DNA from: an uncultured virus (IMG/VR IMGVR_UViG_3300042392_001228)
Taxonomy: Duplodnaviria; Heunggongvirae; Uroviricota; Caudoviricetes
DNA: 64,000 nucleotides
Virus record (IMG/VR): IMGVR_UViG_3300042392_001228
Coordinates: 1-64,000 of that record
Direction: 5' to 3' (one strand)
The first letter of the stretch is position 1. Every line of letters begins with the position of its first letter. The notes under the pieces were generated by a model, which did not search any database, was not told where the DNA came from, and saw only the letters and a list, made by a program, of their open reading frames with translations. This document shows, one piece after another, positions 15,755 to 26,225 of this stretch. Position numbers and translations under genes: made by a program.

Positions 15755-16232
15755 GGTTTTCGTCAAAGTAAATAACTTGAACACGGACCTCACAAAGAAG
15801 GTCGCTTGCAATTTTGAAACTGTCGGACCACTTGGACCCGGACAGAACTGGTGCTGGGCAGATAATCTTCTTAACACCTGCCTGAGCGAGCATGCTTGCG
15901 CAAGGCGAACACGGATGGCGAGTTATGTAGGCTGTAGCCCCGAGCAGAGTGGATCCCCTGCGTGTGGCGTCGATTATCGCATTCCGTTCGGCATGAATAA
16001 TCACCTTGTTCTTGTAATCCGAGTCTTTTAGGCGGTGGAGATCATCAGACAGTCCTTCAGGAAAGCCGTTGAACCCCTCGCAGATTGCCCTTTTGTCCTT
16101 AACCATTACACACCCAACTTTTCGCTTCGGGTCTTTACTCCAGGATGAAATTTCTTGGGCCCGGTGAATAAATCTTCGGTCCCACTCAGACAAAAGGGGG
16201 TTAGTGTCCGGTGTGAAATCAGCGATTGTCAC
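15744..16232 (-). CDS. dCMP deaminase
   Basis: WSKDP..KVG, GFNG, HAERNAI, PCSPC; start approximate (16232 or 16253). Confidence 0.9.
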   Translation of the reverse strand: MTIADFTPDTNPLLSEWDRRFIHRAQEISSWSKDPKRKVGCVMVKDKRAICEGFNGFPEGLSDDLHRLKDSDYKNKVIIHAERNAIIDATRRGSTLLGATAYITRHPCSPCASMLAQAGVKKIICPAPVLSGSKWSDSFKIASDLLCEVRVQVIYFDENHEF

Positions 16233-16548
16233 CGCTTCCTGAAAGAACACCACGAGCGGCTCGAGAGGCTAACTTGTCCAAGTTCATTTGTGCGATATCT
16301 TCGAGAGAATAGTCGATTTCTGTTGCGAGTTGCGACAAGTACCAAAGCACGTCTCCAGCTTCTTTCGCAATTTGGTCTCTCTTTTCATCCGTGATAACTC
16401 CATGGTCGTCTCGAATAATCTTCTTAACTTTCTCCGCTATCTCTCCAGTTTCCCCACTCAATCCCAGAGTCGGGTACACGAAATTTGACCCTAAATTTGG
16501 GTAAACTGCGGTGGCTCGTGATTTTTCTTGGTAAGTGTTTAGATCCAT
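16219..16548 (-). CDS. mazG: MazG-like nucleotide pyrophosphohydrolase
   Basis: LGLSGETGEIAEKVKK..KEAGDVLWY..NLDKLASR. Confidence 0.9.
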   Translation of the reverse strand: MDLNTYQEKSRATAVYPNLGSNFVYPTLGLSGETGEIAEKVKKIIRDDHGVITDEKRDQIAKEAGDVLWYLSQLATEIDYSLEDIAQMNLDKLASRAARGVLSGSGDNR

Positions 16549-16589
16549 TTTGTTTCAGCTTGTTGAAATGTGTTTAATTTTAGGCGGGG

Positions 16590-17090
16590 TTAGTAGCTAA
16601 ACTCAACTTCCTCAACCTCTCCTTGCTCAGCCATTGTTCCGTAGGATTTGAAAACGAGCCCCAGGTTAAAGCGAATTGTTGTAGGGATTTTCCCCACAAA
16701 CTTGGCCACACCCTTCAGTATGCTCTGCGCTGAAAGAATTTCGTAGTCGAACGTCTCAACGCTAGTCTCAGGGATAAAGACATTAAGGCTCAAGTGGCCA
16801 CCCTCAGGAAGAAACTGGTAAGTGGTCTTTCCGACAACTATAGCCCCTTGGTTATCGTTCAGCTGGGAGCGCAAGGTTACTAGCAGTACCATCCACTCAA
16901 CATTATTATAGTTCCCCTCAAACGGAGATAGAAGGTCGAAGGTCGAAGGTGAAACTCGGTAGCCGTAGTCAGCTTCAGACTCCGCCACCACTGCAACGTG
17001 GCTCAGATGAACTCCGTAGTGACCGGACTTTCCTCTTTTAACGAGGCTCTCGTTAAGGTAGCTGTGGGGGTCCTTGTAAGTTTGTGCCAT
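16590..17090 (-). CDS. Hypothetical protein
   Basis: 166 aa ORF in co-directional operon. Confidence 0.7.
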   Translation of the reverse strand: MAQTYKDPHSYLNESLVKRGKSGHYGVHLSHVAVVAESEADYGYRVSPSTFDLLSPFEGNYNNVEWMVLLVTLRSQLNDNQGAIVVGKTTYQFLPEGGHLSLNVFIPETSVETFDYEILSAQSILKGVAKFVGKIPTTIRFNLGLVFKSYGTMAEQGEVEEVEFSY

Positions 17091-17505
17091 TTGGTTCAGG
17101 ATGTTCGTAAACTACGTAGCCGCCGTTTGTGACGTTTCGGAAAGGGTCGTTTGGGAGCACTTCCGCTGTATTATTGCGAATGCGGTTCTTTCGTAAACTC
17201 CCTTCATCGCCGAACTGAGGGTGCTTTCCGAGCAGGTCCCAGACGTGTCGCTTTGACTCAATGCTGAAAGACCCAAAGTAGCGGTCAACAGCGTTGTTTT
17301 CAGACCCTGATGTTGTTCTCAGGGGGTTAGCTTCTGAAAACGTTTTCTCTCGGGGCTGAGAGAGGTCGTCTCGCGACTTCACTTTACGACTCAAAGATCT
17401 CTTCAAACCGAAAGCACCCGACCCGTTACCGTACCCGCCCTGAGAGTTTATCGGAGTGGGTAGGTCGGGTTGAGACTCTTCCGGATTTTGAAAAAGTTCG
17501 TCCAT
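17053..17505 (-). CDS. Hypothetical protein
   Basis: 150 aa ORF, TGATG-coupled to the upstream gene. Confidence 0.65.
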   Translation of the reverse strand: MDELFQNPEESQPDLPTPINSQGGYGNGSGAFGLKRSLSRKVKSRDDLSQPREKTFSEANPLRTTSGSENNAVDRYFGSFSIESKRHVWDLLGKHPQFGDEGSLRKNRIRNNTAEVLPNDPFRNVTNGGYVVYEHPEPNGTNLQGPPQLP

Positions 17506-17885
17506 CAGTTCAGAGGTAAGCGCAAGGAAGGTACGAAAGAGTTCTCGCTCACCTTGCGAACTCCAATAATATATCGAGTCGTGAAGTACTGCCCAGGTTC
17601 AGGCACCAAGTAGCCGAACTTTACAATTTGCCACAGTGACACAAGGTGGAAGGCGTAAGCAAGATTCTCTGTTCCCTCTATGAAGGTCTTCACTAGGAGG
17701 CGAGGAGTGTACAACTCACAGAGACAACTCAGTTCCTGCACCGTTCCAATCTTGTCGTACAACCCTGCGGGATCATCTGCTAAGACAAAACCCTCAGATT
17801 CCAGTTGCTCCTTGAGCCTAAGTTGCTTTTGGCATTCGTATGTAAAAGAATCCACAAGGGTTTGTTCAGAGTTTTGTATGTTCAT
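17505..17885 (-). CDS. Hypothetical protein
   Basis: 126 aa ORF, ATGA-coupled to the helicase. Confidence 0.7.
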   Translation of the reverse strand: MNIQNSEQTLVDSFTYECQKQLRLKEQLESEGFVLADDPAGLYDKIGTVQELSCLCELYTPRLLVKTFIEGTENLAYAFHLVSLWQIVKFGYLVPEPGQYFTTRYIIGVRKVSENSFVPSLRLPLN

Positions 17886-19906
17886 ACTTTTACCCCTTTA
17901 ACCTCGTAGAGTTTTTTACGTGCGGATTCTCGGAACCTTTCAGCAACATCGGGTGAGTAGTTCTTGTCAAGAAGCCAATCGTCACAGCAATTTGTCTTAG
18001 GGTTGAGTAGTCTTTGTTTGTCCATGTCTTCCATGGATTCAACTAGCTTTTCCCCTTCCAAAACAAGTTCCTCTTGAGCGTGACGACAATTGTTCCAGTT
18101 TTCAATGACGTAGTTCGCCTCGCCACCAATCTTAAAACCATCCCTCATCACCAGCTTTTCCATTATCTCTCGAATTAGCGTCAGAGCTGTTTTGTCCTTG
18201 GTCTCTTGCCGCTGACCCGTCGTTTCGTCGAACAGAAACTCTCGTGCGAGGGAAATTGCCTTTCTCACAGATTCCCACCTTAGCTCTCGGAAACCTTGGT
18301 AGTAATGTGTCGACGGGCGCCCTGCGTTCTCCCACTCTTTTTTCATGCTCGCAGTTAAGTGTTGGCACGACGGGTCCACTCCCACAAAGTAAAGAGAACT
18401 GAGATACTCGTAGAGAACATCCGGCGTCAGCTCGGGCATGAAGCTAAGGTCTGACCCCGTTCGAACCGAGTGAGCGAACGCCATGGCATTAACGAGTGCC
18501 TGTGTGACATCGGCTTTGAATCGGATCCTTTGTCGTGTGGTCCAATAGCGCACTTCAACCTGAAGGCGATTGATGCGGGGATCAGCTACATCGTTAATGA
18601 TTTCCCAGAACCTATCGGTAGCGAGGCGGAGACACCAAAGATACAACGCATCAGCACTCACACCTAGCTTATTAGCTAGGTAAGGAATGTGTGCTCGTGG
18701 GCGAAGGTCGGGAGACCCCTCTGACACTGTCCCTTTCGTGTTCTCGATGTTTTTTGTTACCTCATACTCCCTATATGTACTAATGAGCTTGATTCGATCT
18801 ATGATCCCAGGGTCGAGATCGTAGGCAAACTTACTGTTCCAGTCATTGGAGTTAACCAATATGACTGTCTTTGGCCAAATTTGCTCGGCTTTTTCGAACT
18901 TTTCTTCTACTTGGAAAAGCCCATTCGTGATCAAAATCTTGGTCTCCTCAGAAGCAAGGAACTTCTTGAGAGAAGCCAAGGAGGTATCATCCTTGTATGC
19001 TATGTCACTAAGAGCAGCAGCTTTAAGGCCGAAGCGATCTTCAGTCGATTTAAATGTGTGAGTTACAAAACCGCACTTGGAAAAAGCTGCGGTCATTCCA
19101 TTGAAGAGAGTCGACTTTCCTAATCCAGCATCCTTACCCACAATCACCCCCGCCATACGAGCAGTGTGATCTACAGGTTGATCCTTTCCCGGTGGCAAGT
19201 GATTTGACCTGCCGACCCCGATTCGCCCAATAATCAACCTGAGCATTTCCCGCTCTGCCTCAGGGAAGATTGAGAAAACGTCGGCTAAGGTCACCATTTG
19301 CAGAACAGGGTTGAACCAGTCTCTGTCGGGAACCCATGACCTTGGATTAGAGACAGGAACTCCACCCCACCGAGCCGCAGGGTCAAACGTATGACCGTAG
19401 CTTAACGTTTCATGAATGCTCTTGCTCATGTTTATTCTCTTCATCTTCAGCAGCCGCTCTGTGAAAGAGACGAGGTCTGAGTCTCCGGCTTTCGGTTTGT
19501 ATAAGGGTTCCCAGAAAGTTCTTACATCGTCTGGGCACAAATCAGGGTGAAAACAGGATTCGATCTTCTCAAAGTCGTCGTACACTGATATGTCTTGCAA
19601 AGGGTTGAAGTCTGCCGGGTACTGAATTCCCCTTACCATTACAGGTGGCGTGGGCTTCAGAATGCGGTGCCTACAGTGATCACCTGACTCGTCAATTTCA
19701 ACAACGAACCCTCTCGCCTTTAGTAGAGTAATGCCTGAGTTGTAAAGCTCGGACACTTTTGTGGGTGCTCTTTTTTTCTTCTCTTGTTTTTCCTCGCCGT
19801 CTTTCTTCGACCGGAAGGACGCTGCCTTGTTTCGCTCTTTCGCTTCGGTTAGTATTCCAATCTCTTGTTTCGTACTTCCGAGTCCCCCGGAAAAGGGATC
19901 TGCCAT
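17882..19906 (-). CDS. P-loop NTPase, probable SF3/D5-like replicative helicase
   Basis: Walker A VGKDAGLGKSTL, Walker B-like IAYKDD, EEKF, motif C ILVNSN, Arg finger IIDRI. Confidence 0.7.
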   Translation of the reverse strand: MADPFSGGLGSTKQEIGILTEAKERNKAASFRSKKDGEEKQEKKKRAPTKVSELYNSGITLLKARGFVVEIDESGDHCRHRILKPTPPVMVRGIQYPADFNPLQDISVYDDFEKIESCFHPDLCPDDVRTFWEPLYKPKAGDSDLVSFTERLLKMKRINMSKSIHETLSYGHTFDPAARWGGVPVSNPRSWVPDRDWFNPVLQMVTLADVFSIFPEAEREMLRLIIGRIGVGRSNHLPPGKDQPVDHTARMAGVIVGKDAGLGKSTLFNGMTAAFSKCGFVTHTFKSTEDRFGLKAAALSDIAYKDDTSLASLKKFLASEETKILITNGLFQVEEKFEKAEQIWPKTVILVNSNDWNSKFAYDLDPGIIDRIKLISTYREYEVTKNIENTKGTVSEGSPDLRPRAHIPYLANKLGVSADALYLWCLRLATDRFWEIINDVADPRINRLQVEVRYWTTRQRIRFKADVTQALVNAMAFAHSVRTGSDLSFMPELTPDVLYEYLSSLYFVGVDPSCQHLTASMKKEWENAGRPSTHYYQGFRELRWESVRKAISLAREFLFDETTGQRQETKDKTALTLIREIMEKLVMRDGFKIGGEANYVIENWNNCRHAQEELVLEGEKLVESMEDMDKQRLLNPKTNCCDDWLLDKNYSPDVAERFRESARKKLYEVKGVKV

Positions 19907-19937
19907 GTATCCTCTTGTTGTTTAGGTTTGACGGTGT

Positions 19938-19965
19938 AGTATAGCAAAAGACCCCAGCGGTAAGC
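19938..19965 (-). promoter_or_regulatory. Early/middle promoter GCTTAC-N16-TATACT
   Basis: Upstream of helicase ATG; overlaps hairpin 19948-19974. Confidence 0.65.
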
Positions 19966-19974
19966 CAGGGTCTT
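19946..19974 (-). terminator. Hairpin / probable terminator
   Basis: AAGACCCTGGC-TTACC-GCTGGGGTCTT then TT. Confidence 0.55.
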
Positions 19975-20013
19975 GTTGTCCCAAGAGTTTAACTCAGGGA
20001 CTTAAATTGTTGA

Positions 20014-21000
20014 TCAAAAATCCAGAGCAAAGCTCTCAGGGTTCTGAACAAAGTTCGGACACTTCAGTGTCACTTTTGCTGCAGCGTTGCCGTTATACTC
20101 GAAGTGCTCAAGAACCTTTAGAGTTGCGGGAGCGTCAGGAGTAATCAAGGGCTCAGCAGCAAGAATCTTCTTCATTGCGGAGTTCGGCTTGACAATCACC
20201 CAGTCGGAGACTTCGGTTTCTTGGTCTATCCACTCTCCCTCGACTTGAACGCGAACTGGTGCCACAAATGGCTCAGTCACTTTCGCTTGCAGAAAGTAGT
20301 CGGTACCGAAAGCACCACCTTCCTTGACTCGATAAGAAGTGATTGTGTATTCGCCTAAGGGTAGACTCGCGACTTTGACGAAAGGACCCACAAGACGCTG
20401 ACCCACAAGACGCTCTCCCCCTGTGTTTTCACCACGCTTGGAAAGATCAGGTGCGGCATAAACCTTTTCAGCAATCGCTTCGGGATTTTCATCGAGCAAG
20501 AGTTCGAGAAGATCTGCGGGAAGTTCCTCCTTAATTTCCTTCTTCCGAATTGTGATAGGAAGAGTGTAAAGAGTGCCGTCTCCTTGTACGGACACAGAAA
20601 GAACGGGCTCGGTGTATTTACCGATCTGCTCATCCTTAAAGGCGAACTTTAGTCCTTTCGGGGCGTTAGCCACTCCGACCTTGCCAGGAGCCAACAGAAG
20701 GGGAATATCCCTATCACCCCAACGAATTACAAGGCCACCTACTTCAGTAGAGAAGATTGTGGGAGAGTAAAGACGTTGAAAGGTCCCATTCGGGTCAGCC
20801 TTCACAGTGAAGGTAGACGCTTCAGGGTCGAAATCCTCGCCAGTTAGCGCACGAAAGATGGTTGACAACCCATTGCGGTAAGACTCGGGCAGAGCCTTGT
20901 TTGGAATGTCGGTGTATGCCCGTGAGTAGCTCTTTGACTCCAACCTTGCGCGGTTTTTGTCGTCGAGTTGGGGCAGAATTTTGAATGTAGTTACAGCCAT
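20014..21000 (-). CDS. Hypothetical replication-region protein (possible ssDNA-binding), C-terminal ALDF
   Basis: ATG 21000; own promoter; next to helicase; function inferred from context only. Confidence 0.6.
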   Translation of the reverse strand: MAVTTFKILPQLDDKNRARLESKSYSRAYTDIPNKALPESYRNGLSTIFRALTGEDFDPEASTFTVKADPNGTFQRLYSPTIFSTEVGGLVIRWGDRDIPLLLAPGKVGVANAPKGLKFAFKDEQIGKYTEPVLSVSVQGDGTLYTLPITIRKKEIKEELPADLLELLLDENPEAIAEKVYAAPDLSKRGENTGGERLVGQRLVGPFVKVASLPLGEYTITSYRVKEGGAFGTDYFLQAKVTEPFVAPVRVQVEGEWIDQETEVSDWVIVKPNSAMKKILAAEPLITPDAPATLKVLEHFEYNGNAAAKVTLKCPNFVQNPESFALDF

Positions 21001-21058
21001 TGTGTTACTTGTGAAGAACGCGATAAACTGAGCCCTATTGCCCAGCACGTTCAACACA

Positions 21059-21086
21059 AGTATAGGCTTGCCCCGGACTAGTAAAC
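21059..21086 (-). promoter_or_regulatory. Early/middle promoter GTTTAC-N16-TATACT
   Basis: Intergenic, upstream of ATG 21000. Confidence 0.7.
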
Positions 21087-21101
21087 TCCCGTGTTGCCCC
21101 C

Positions 21102-22691
21102 CTACGTTTTGCCAATGCGACGAAGATTCAACTGCCTGACCTTCTCGAACGGTAGATCAACAACACCGCTTCCGTTCACAAACTTGATGCCCAGCTCCTT
21201 TGTCAAATAATCGTACAAGCCCCGGTCGGTCACTAAAGTCTGAGAAGTTCCAAAAAGTTTTGCTAAAAGATGAAAGGAGTCTGCAGCCTCCGACTCTCTT
21301 TGTGCAACTTGTCCACTCGATGGCTCGGGGTAGGTTTGCGCAGGAGTGTTAAACCCTAGTGAACCCCAGGCGTAGTTGTGCCAACTCTCCAGAGTTCCTG
21401 TGCTTCCGACCAAGTTTTTCTCTTTGGCTTTTCCGAGCCAAGTCTCGCCGAGTGCCTTATTCATGAGATTCCCGAGGCCGTACTGACGGCTAGCTTGAAT
21501 GGAAACTTCCACTCCACCATCCGTCTGAGTGTACTCAATACCATTAACAATCCAGTCTTCTATGAAAGTTCCACTGAAGTTTGGTATAAATAAGACATCG
21601 TTCGGCTTCACACCGGTAAGGGCAGGACACATAAAAACTGAGGCGCTTAGCTTGGAACTGCGCTCTTGCTGTATCTCAAGTTTTCGCTTCTCTCCGTCTT
21701 GATTTTCCTTTAGGCGCACTCCGGGCCTAGCACGAGAGTTGGCCGTGTTTCCGGCCCCACTTTTGCTCTGGGACTGTTGAGCCGCCACTGCTTGCTGGCT
21801 CTGCGGAGTTGTCGTCGCAGGTTGCCCCTGTGTTCCCGGTTGCGCAGGCTGAACCTTTTCTTGCGTGCTTTCCAAGCTTGTTTGAGTCTTTTGAGGGGGC
21901 TGCCACTCAGACGTTTTTGTAATTGTGTTTATGATCCCTGGGCCAAGGAAGTACCCGTACCGAACAGTGGGGTCGGGGAACTGACTCTGCGGTGCGAGTT
22001 CCTCTACTGTGGTCTTATCTGACAAGTACGGCCCCAGCACCACGCAACTTGCAGAAAGTTTTTGAGAAGTTCCCGGAGAAACAATGTTCGTCGCCATAAC
22101 GAGCCCACCAGTTTGCTCAACGAGGTTTTTCACGCTGTCGAGGTAGTTGGACCCCTCGGAATAGTTTGACAGAACTTTCGTTGTTTTCAGACTTTCTTGC
22201 ATCTGCTTCGTGACTTTCACAAGGTCGTACTTTTCGACCCCGAACGTGTAGTCAAGCTGCGATAAGTTTGCAAGAGGTGACGTTCCCTGGTCGCTAGCTT
22301 GCGCCGTACTCTTTATATTCGCATTCACGAGTCCGTCGAGTTCAGACGCGAGTTTCACTTCCAGCGACATTTCCTTCCCATATACCTCTGTCTGTCCAGA
22401 CCAAACGAACGAAAAAGTGATGGAACGTCCATTCAAGTAGTAGTACCGGACTGTAATTGTGCGGTTGAGTGCAGTTTCTAGCAGTTTTTCGTAGACGCTG
22501 AACGCGGCGCCAGTCGGATTCCATCTCATTGAGCCAGTCGGGGTCTGCCCTGAGTCTTGTAAAGACACCCTCACATTGTACACCAGTGGCTGGTTCGTCA
22601 GCCCCGTTGTGCTACCGTCGAAGTTGTGGTTCATCAGGTTCACGTCCCCCCAAACAACCTCGCAGCGGGGGATTATCAAACTGTTTGCCAT
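21102..22691 (-). CDS. Putative baseplate hub / tail protein
   Basis: Immediately downstream of tape measure; P.L.GVKPND...EDWIVNGIEY pattern. Confidence 0.5.
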   Translation of the reverse strand: MANSLIIPRCEVVWGDVNLMNHNFDGSTTGLTNQPLVYNVRVSLQDSGQTPTGSMRWNPTGAAFSVYEKLLETALNRTITVRYYYLNGRSITFSFVWSGQTEVYGKEMSLEVKLASELDGLVNANIKSTAQASDQGTSPLANLSQLDYTFGVEKYDLVKVTKQMQESLKTTKVLSNYSEGSNYLDSVKNLVEQTGGLVMATNIVSPGTSQKLSASCVVLGPYLSDKTTVEELAPQSQFPDPTVRYGYFLGPGIINTITKTSEWQPPQKTQTSLESTQEKVQPAQPGTQGQPATTTPQSQQAVAAQQSQSKSGAGNTANSRARPGVRLKENQDGEKRKLEIQQERSSKLSASVFMCPALTGVKPNDVLFIPNFSGTFIEDWIVNGIEYTQTDGGVEVSIQASRQYGLGNLMNKALGETWLGKAKEKNLVGSTGTLESWHNYAWGSLGFNTPAQTYPEPSSGQVAQRESEAADSFHLLAKLFGTSQTLVTDRGLYDYLTKELGIKFVNGSGVVDLPFEKVRQLNLRRIGKT

Positions 22692-22692
22692 A

Positions 22693-25600
22693 TTAGTGGT
22701 TCCTAAGTTCGTCCACAACCATTCCAATTCGCATAGCGACTAAGGAAGCGAGTTCCTCTGGGTCTTGATTCGGCTGTTGATAAATTGTTATTGGGGCGTG
22801 AATCGTTGAGCTACCGAACCCTTCAGACGTGTTTGAGGTGATCGAAGTGACTTTCGCCGACGGTGGCATCATTTTTCTCTCCCAAGACTCGGCTTCCTTT
22901 TGGTTGGAGAAGAACGCAGGGGTCCCCTTCCCGAGAGCGTACGCTACGTGAACATGATCCATGTGGTTTGGAATTGTCCACGGAACCTTCACACCGTTTT
23001 TAATGCTGAAGCCCAAGGGTGTGTAGTAAAGCTCTGCCATTCTTCCCCCCGAAGTAGAGGCCAGTCGCTGAGCATAGGCGAGCATCGCGCCAGGTGAGCC
23101 CGCTACATCAATAGCTCGTCCGGCGTAATGATACGACCCAGGGGCGTGTTTCCCTCCCGTTGTTGAGGTTATCGTGAGTCCTAGATTTTGTGCCAGCGAA
23201 CTTGCCGCCCCCAAACTCCCGGACATCATTCCGAGTGCTCCCCCAAACATTCCCCCAGCGGAGGATGCAATTTGAGAGATTTGCTTTCCTATTGCTGAGA
23301 ACATTGATGCTGTTTGGTTTTGGTTGCTATTCAGCTGTTCCTGAACCTTAGAGAACATGTTATTATTATGCTCCTGAGCTTTAGATAAGGCCGATCCAAG
23401 ACTGTTTATTTGAGTTTGAGACTCAATAACTTGGCCGGAAACTTTGAACAATCCCTCTGTAAATCTCTTACCGTTTTCGGTGTACACTTGGTTGTTCTCG
23501 TTCATTGTGGTCGTGAGCTGACCGAATCCCTCTTTGAGAGTTTCCATGAAAGAGCCCACTCCAAGACCACCCGCAGCAGGTATAACCGTTTCACTGCTGT
23601 TTGCTATTACAAGACTGGAACTCGGTGGTTTGTTTGCCATTTCAAAGTCTATGGCTTGGCTCAAGCTCCCGGAGAAAGGGTTTGCGCTCCCAAACGCGGA
23701 TGCCTTTGCCTTCGGAGCTCTTGCAGAAGACGCACCGGCAGCAGGTCTCGGAGACGCTTTGCTACTCCCTGGCACACGGTCACTGATCCAGCCCCCTATA
23801 TTAACCGCAATATCATTAATCTTACTTCCGATTGCCCTGAAAAGATTTCCGATTGCACCCACGATTATGCCACCTAAGCCCACGACGCTTTCCGCAGCTC
23901 CGATGAGAGTTTCAATTATTCCGCTAAAGATTTTTTTAACGCCCTGAACTATCAATTGCTGATTTCCCGTGAATATGCCCACGAGTAAATCCCAAATCCC
24001 TGTGAAGAAATTCGTAAGTCCCCTAAGTATGTCACCCAGGCCCCCCAAGAACAGTCCGGCTGCCGAAGCGACCCAGTTTGTGCTCTCGGATAGTTTGGCC
24101 CCCGTGTCCTTCAGCCAATCCGCGAGCATTCGCAACGGACCTTCGAAAATTACAAAACCCGCTACGAGCGCCACAATGGGTAAGGCAAACCCTGCCACAC
24201 CCGCCAGAGCACCTCCCGCCAAGCCAGCAAAAACACCCATGAGCATGTTGCCGAATCCCATAATTGCGAGGGGAACCACCCCCGCTATTACAGCACTGAT
24301 GAAAGCTGGGGCAGCCAATAACAGAAAAACCTTTCCTAGGGCGTCGCCGAGCGGTGTAACACCTTGGAGTGCGTTGCCATCGTTGAACAACATCTTGAGA
24401 ACAATGTCCTTAAAGGTGTCGAGTACAATTTTCATGTACCGTTCACCGTTCACTTCCCCGCCCTTAAAGCCCTTCATGAAGTCCGACAGGAACTTTTGTA
24501 TACCCGTTCCAACATCTTTCCCTGCCTGTTCTGGGTTGAAATAACTCGCAAGTGCCTTAAAAGTCTCGGCTAAGCCCCGTCCGAGCGCCTCAGCTAGGCT
24601 CTTCTTTCCTGCAGAAATTTCAGACCCCAAGTTCTCAAAGTTGTCTTGTAGTTCCGTCAAAGGTCTCGCAAGTGCGCCAATAATTGAGTTAACGGGTCCT
24701 ATCAAAAGGTTCCCCGCCGAGTTCATCATGTTAGCAAAACTTTGCAACAGAGGCCCGAATTGAGTCGCTATTACTTCGATCGGAGAGTCTGCCGACTTGT
24801 AGAAGTCATCGAGGTTTTTTATGAATCGGACTCTGTTGTTCTTCTGCTGTTCCTCAATCTTCTGTATCTCAGATTCTTTCTTGCCTTGTTTCGCAAGAGC
24901 GTCTAAAACTTCCTTGTTTCGCCTGTCATACTTCGCTATTTGCTTATCTCTCGCCCCACTTGATGCCATCATTGCTAGGGTCTTCTCCCCCTGTTTGTTA
25001 ATGTCTGCTGTTAATGTGATAATACCGGACGGACCGAGAAAGGTGTCGTTTACGGACTGCATACCACCTGCAATCGTATTCTTAGCTTCTTCAAGAGCAG
25101 CCTCAGGCATTGCGATCGAGAAACCGTAACTGGCCGCCTTAATTCTCCCTTCGACGGTGTTGCCGAACTTTTTAAGACCCTCTTTGAGGGATGAGACGAG
25201 GATCGGGTTATTTTCAAAGACGGATAATTGTCTGTTGATTGTCCCCGATCCAAGGAACTGTGTGACCCCCATAGCAGCCTGGGGTGCGTACGCCGGACTA
25301 GTAATTACAGATCCGATTTGGGAGTACAAGATAGCGAGTTTCTTGCCAACGCCGTTTTCTCCCCCCATCACTTCATTTAGTTTCTCCCTACTCACGATCG
25401 AAAGGTCTGTGATGCCTTTCTCCTTCAACATTACGGGAAGTAAGTTGTCGCCGAGCTGTCTCGATAGTACTTGAATGGTTTGGGAGCTTACTGTACTTGT
25501 ACGAATAATCTCGTTAATCGCGCTATCCATGGAGCGACTAATGTTTTTCGTCTGCAGGTACATGTCGTTCGAAGCGTCCTTCAATGCCTGACCCTCTTTG

Positions 25601-26172
25601 CCGGCCAGCCCCTGTTTGAACATTCCCTCTTTATTTAGGGACCCAAACAGGGAACCACGAGCCATGACATCCCCGAGTTGGTCTTGAACTGCCTCAGAGT
25701 ATCTCTTTCCTATGAACCCTATACCCTGCTGAAGGATGTTTACTGCGGAAGAGGCCCCCGCTGTTAAAGCATTCGCAAACCCTTCTCCTACTTTTATAAG
25801 TGCGTTTGCCTCGAGAATTTTTCCCAGAATCTTTGCATCTTCCTGCGCCGCCTTTAACCCAGACTTATCGATGGGAAGCCCTTTCTTCGACACCGAGTCA
25901 AGGTCTTTGCCAAGCATCTGAACTTCTTCGCGAGCTGCTTGAATACCGGATTTGTCGAACTTAAACTGAAGCTTGTTCAGAGTCTTCATTTCATTCTGAA
26001 GAGTCTTCAGCTCTGAGTTAGCCGCCTTAAATCCGTCTCGCAAAGATGCCGCAGCATTATCCTTGCTGAGGGGTTTGCTCAGCTTCTGAAACTCTTTATT
26101 TAGATCCTTTAGCTTCTTGGAAATTTGATCATCAAACTTACCAATCAGTGTAAAGGTCTTATTCTCCGCCAT
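22693..26172 (-). CDS. Tail tape measure protein with C-terminal M15-like Zn peptidase
   Basis: 1159 aa, helical, Ala/Gly-rich with hydrophobic segments; SYHYAGRAIDV...HMDHVHV. Confidence 0.85.
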   Translation of the reverse strand: MAENKTFTLIGKFDDQISKKLKDLNKEFQKLSKPLSKDNAAASLRDGFKAANSELKTLQNEMKTLNKLQFKFDKSGIQAAREEVQMLGKDLDSVSKKGLPIDKSGLKAAQEDAKILGKILEANALIKVGEGFANALTAGASSAVNILQQGIGFIGKRYSEAVQDQLGDVMARGSLFGSLNKEGMFKQGLAGKEGQALKDASNDMYLQTKNISRSMDSAINEIIRTSTVSSQTIQVLSRQLGDNLLPVMLKEKGITDLSIVSREKLNEVMGGENGVGKKLAILYSQIGSVITSPAYAPQAAMGVTQFLGSGTINRQLSVFENNPILVSSLKEGLKKFGNTVEGRIKAASYGFSIAMPEAALEEAKNTIAGGMQSVNDTFLGPSGIITLTADINKQGEKTLAMMASSGARDKQIAKYDRRNKEVLDALAKQGKKESEIQKIEEQQKNNRVRFIKNLDDFYKSADSPIEVIATQFGPLLQSFANMMNSAGNLLIGPVNSIIGALARPLTELQDNFENLGSEISAGKKSLAEALGRGLAETFKALASYFNPEQAGKDVGTGIQKFLSDFMKGFKGGEVNGERYMKIVLDTFKDIVLKMLFNDGNALQGVTPLGDALGKVFLLLAAPAFISAVIAGVVPLAIMGFGNMLMGVFAGLAGGALAGVAGFALPIVALVAGFVIFEGPLRMLADWLKDTGAKLSESTNWVASAAGLFLGGLGDILRGLTNFFTGIWDLLVGIFTGNQQLIVQGVKKIFSGIIETLIGAAESVVGLGGIIVGAIGNLFRAIGSKINDIAVNIGGWISDRVPGSSKASPRPAAGASSARAPKAKASAFGSANPFSGSLSQAIDFEMANKPPSSSLVIANSSETVIPAAGGLGVGSFMETLKEGFGQLTTTMNENNQVYTENGKRFTEGLFKVSGQVIESQTQINSLGSALSKAQEHNNNMFSKVQEQLNSNQNQTASMFSAIGKQISQIASSAGGMFGGALGMMSGSLGAASSLAQNLGLTITSTTGGKHAPGSYHYAGRAIDVAGSPGAMLAYAQRLASTSGGRMAELYYTPLGFSIKNGVKVPWTIPNHMDHVHVAYALGKGTPAFFSNQKEAESWERKMMPPSAKVTSITSNTSEGFGSSTIHAPITIYQQPNQDPEELASLVAMRIGMVVDELRNH

Positions 26173-26210
26173 TCTCTTGTCTCGTGCGGTAATAGCCGGG
26201 TGTTAATAGA

Positions 26211-26218
26211 CTTTACCC
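26211..26218 (-). promoter_or_regulatory. Putative late promoter GGGTAAAG
   Basis: 38 nt upstream of tape measure ATG. Confidence 0.7.
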
Positions 26219-26225
26219 CGTAGCA

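Noticed and set aside
17888..17895. GGGTAAAA at the end of the helicase gene
   Set aside because: Gly-Val-Lys codons, only 2 nt from the next start; too close to be a promoter.
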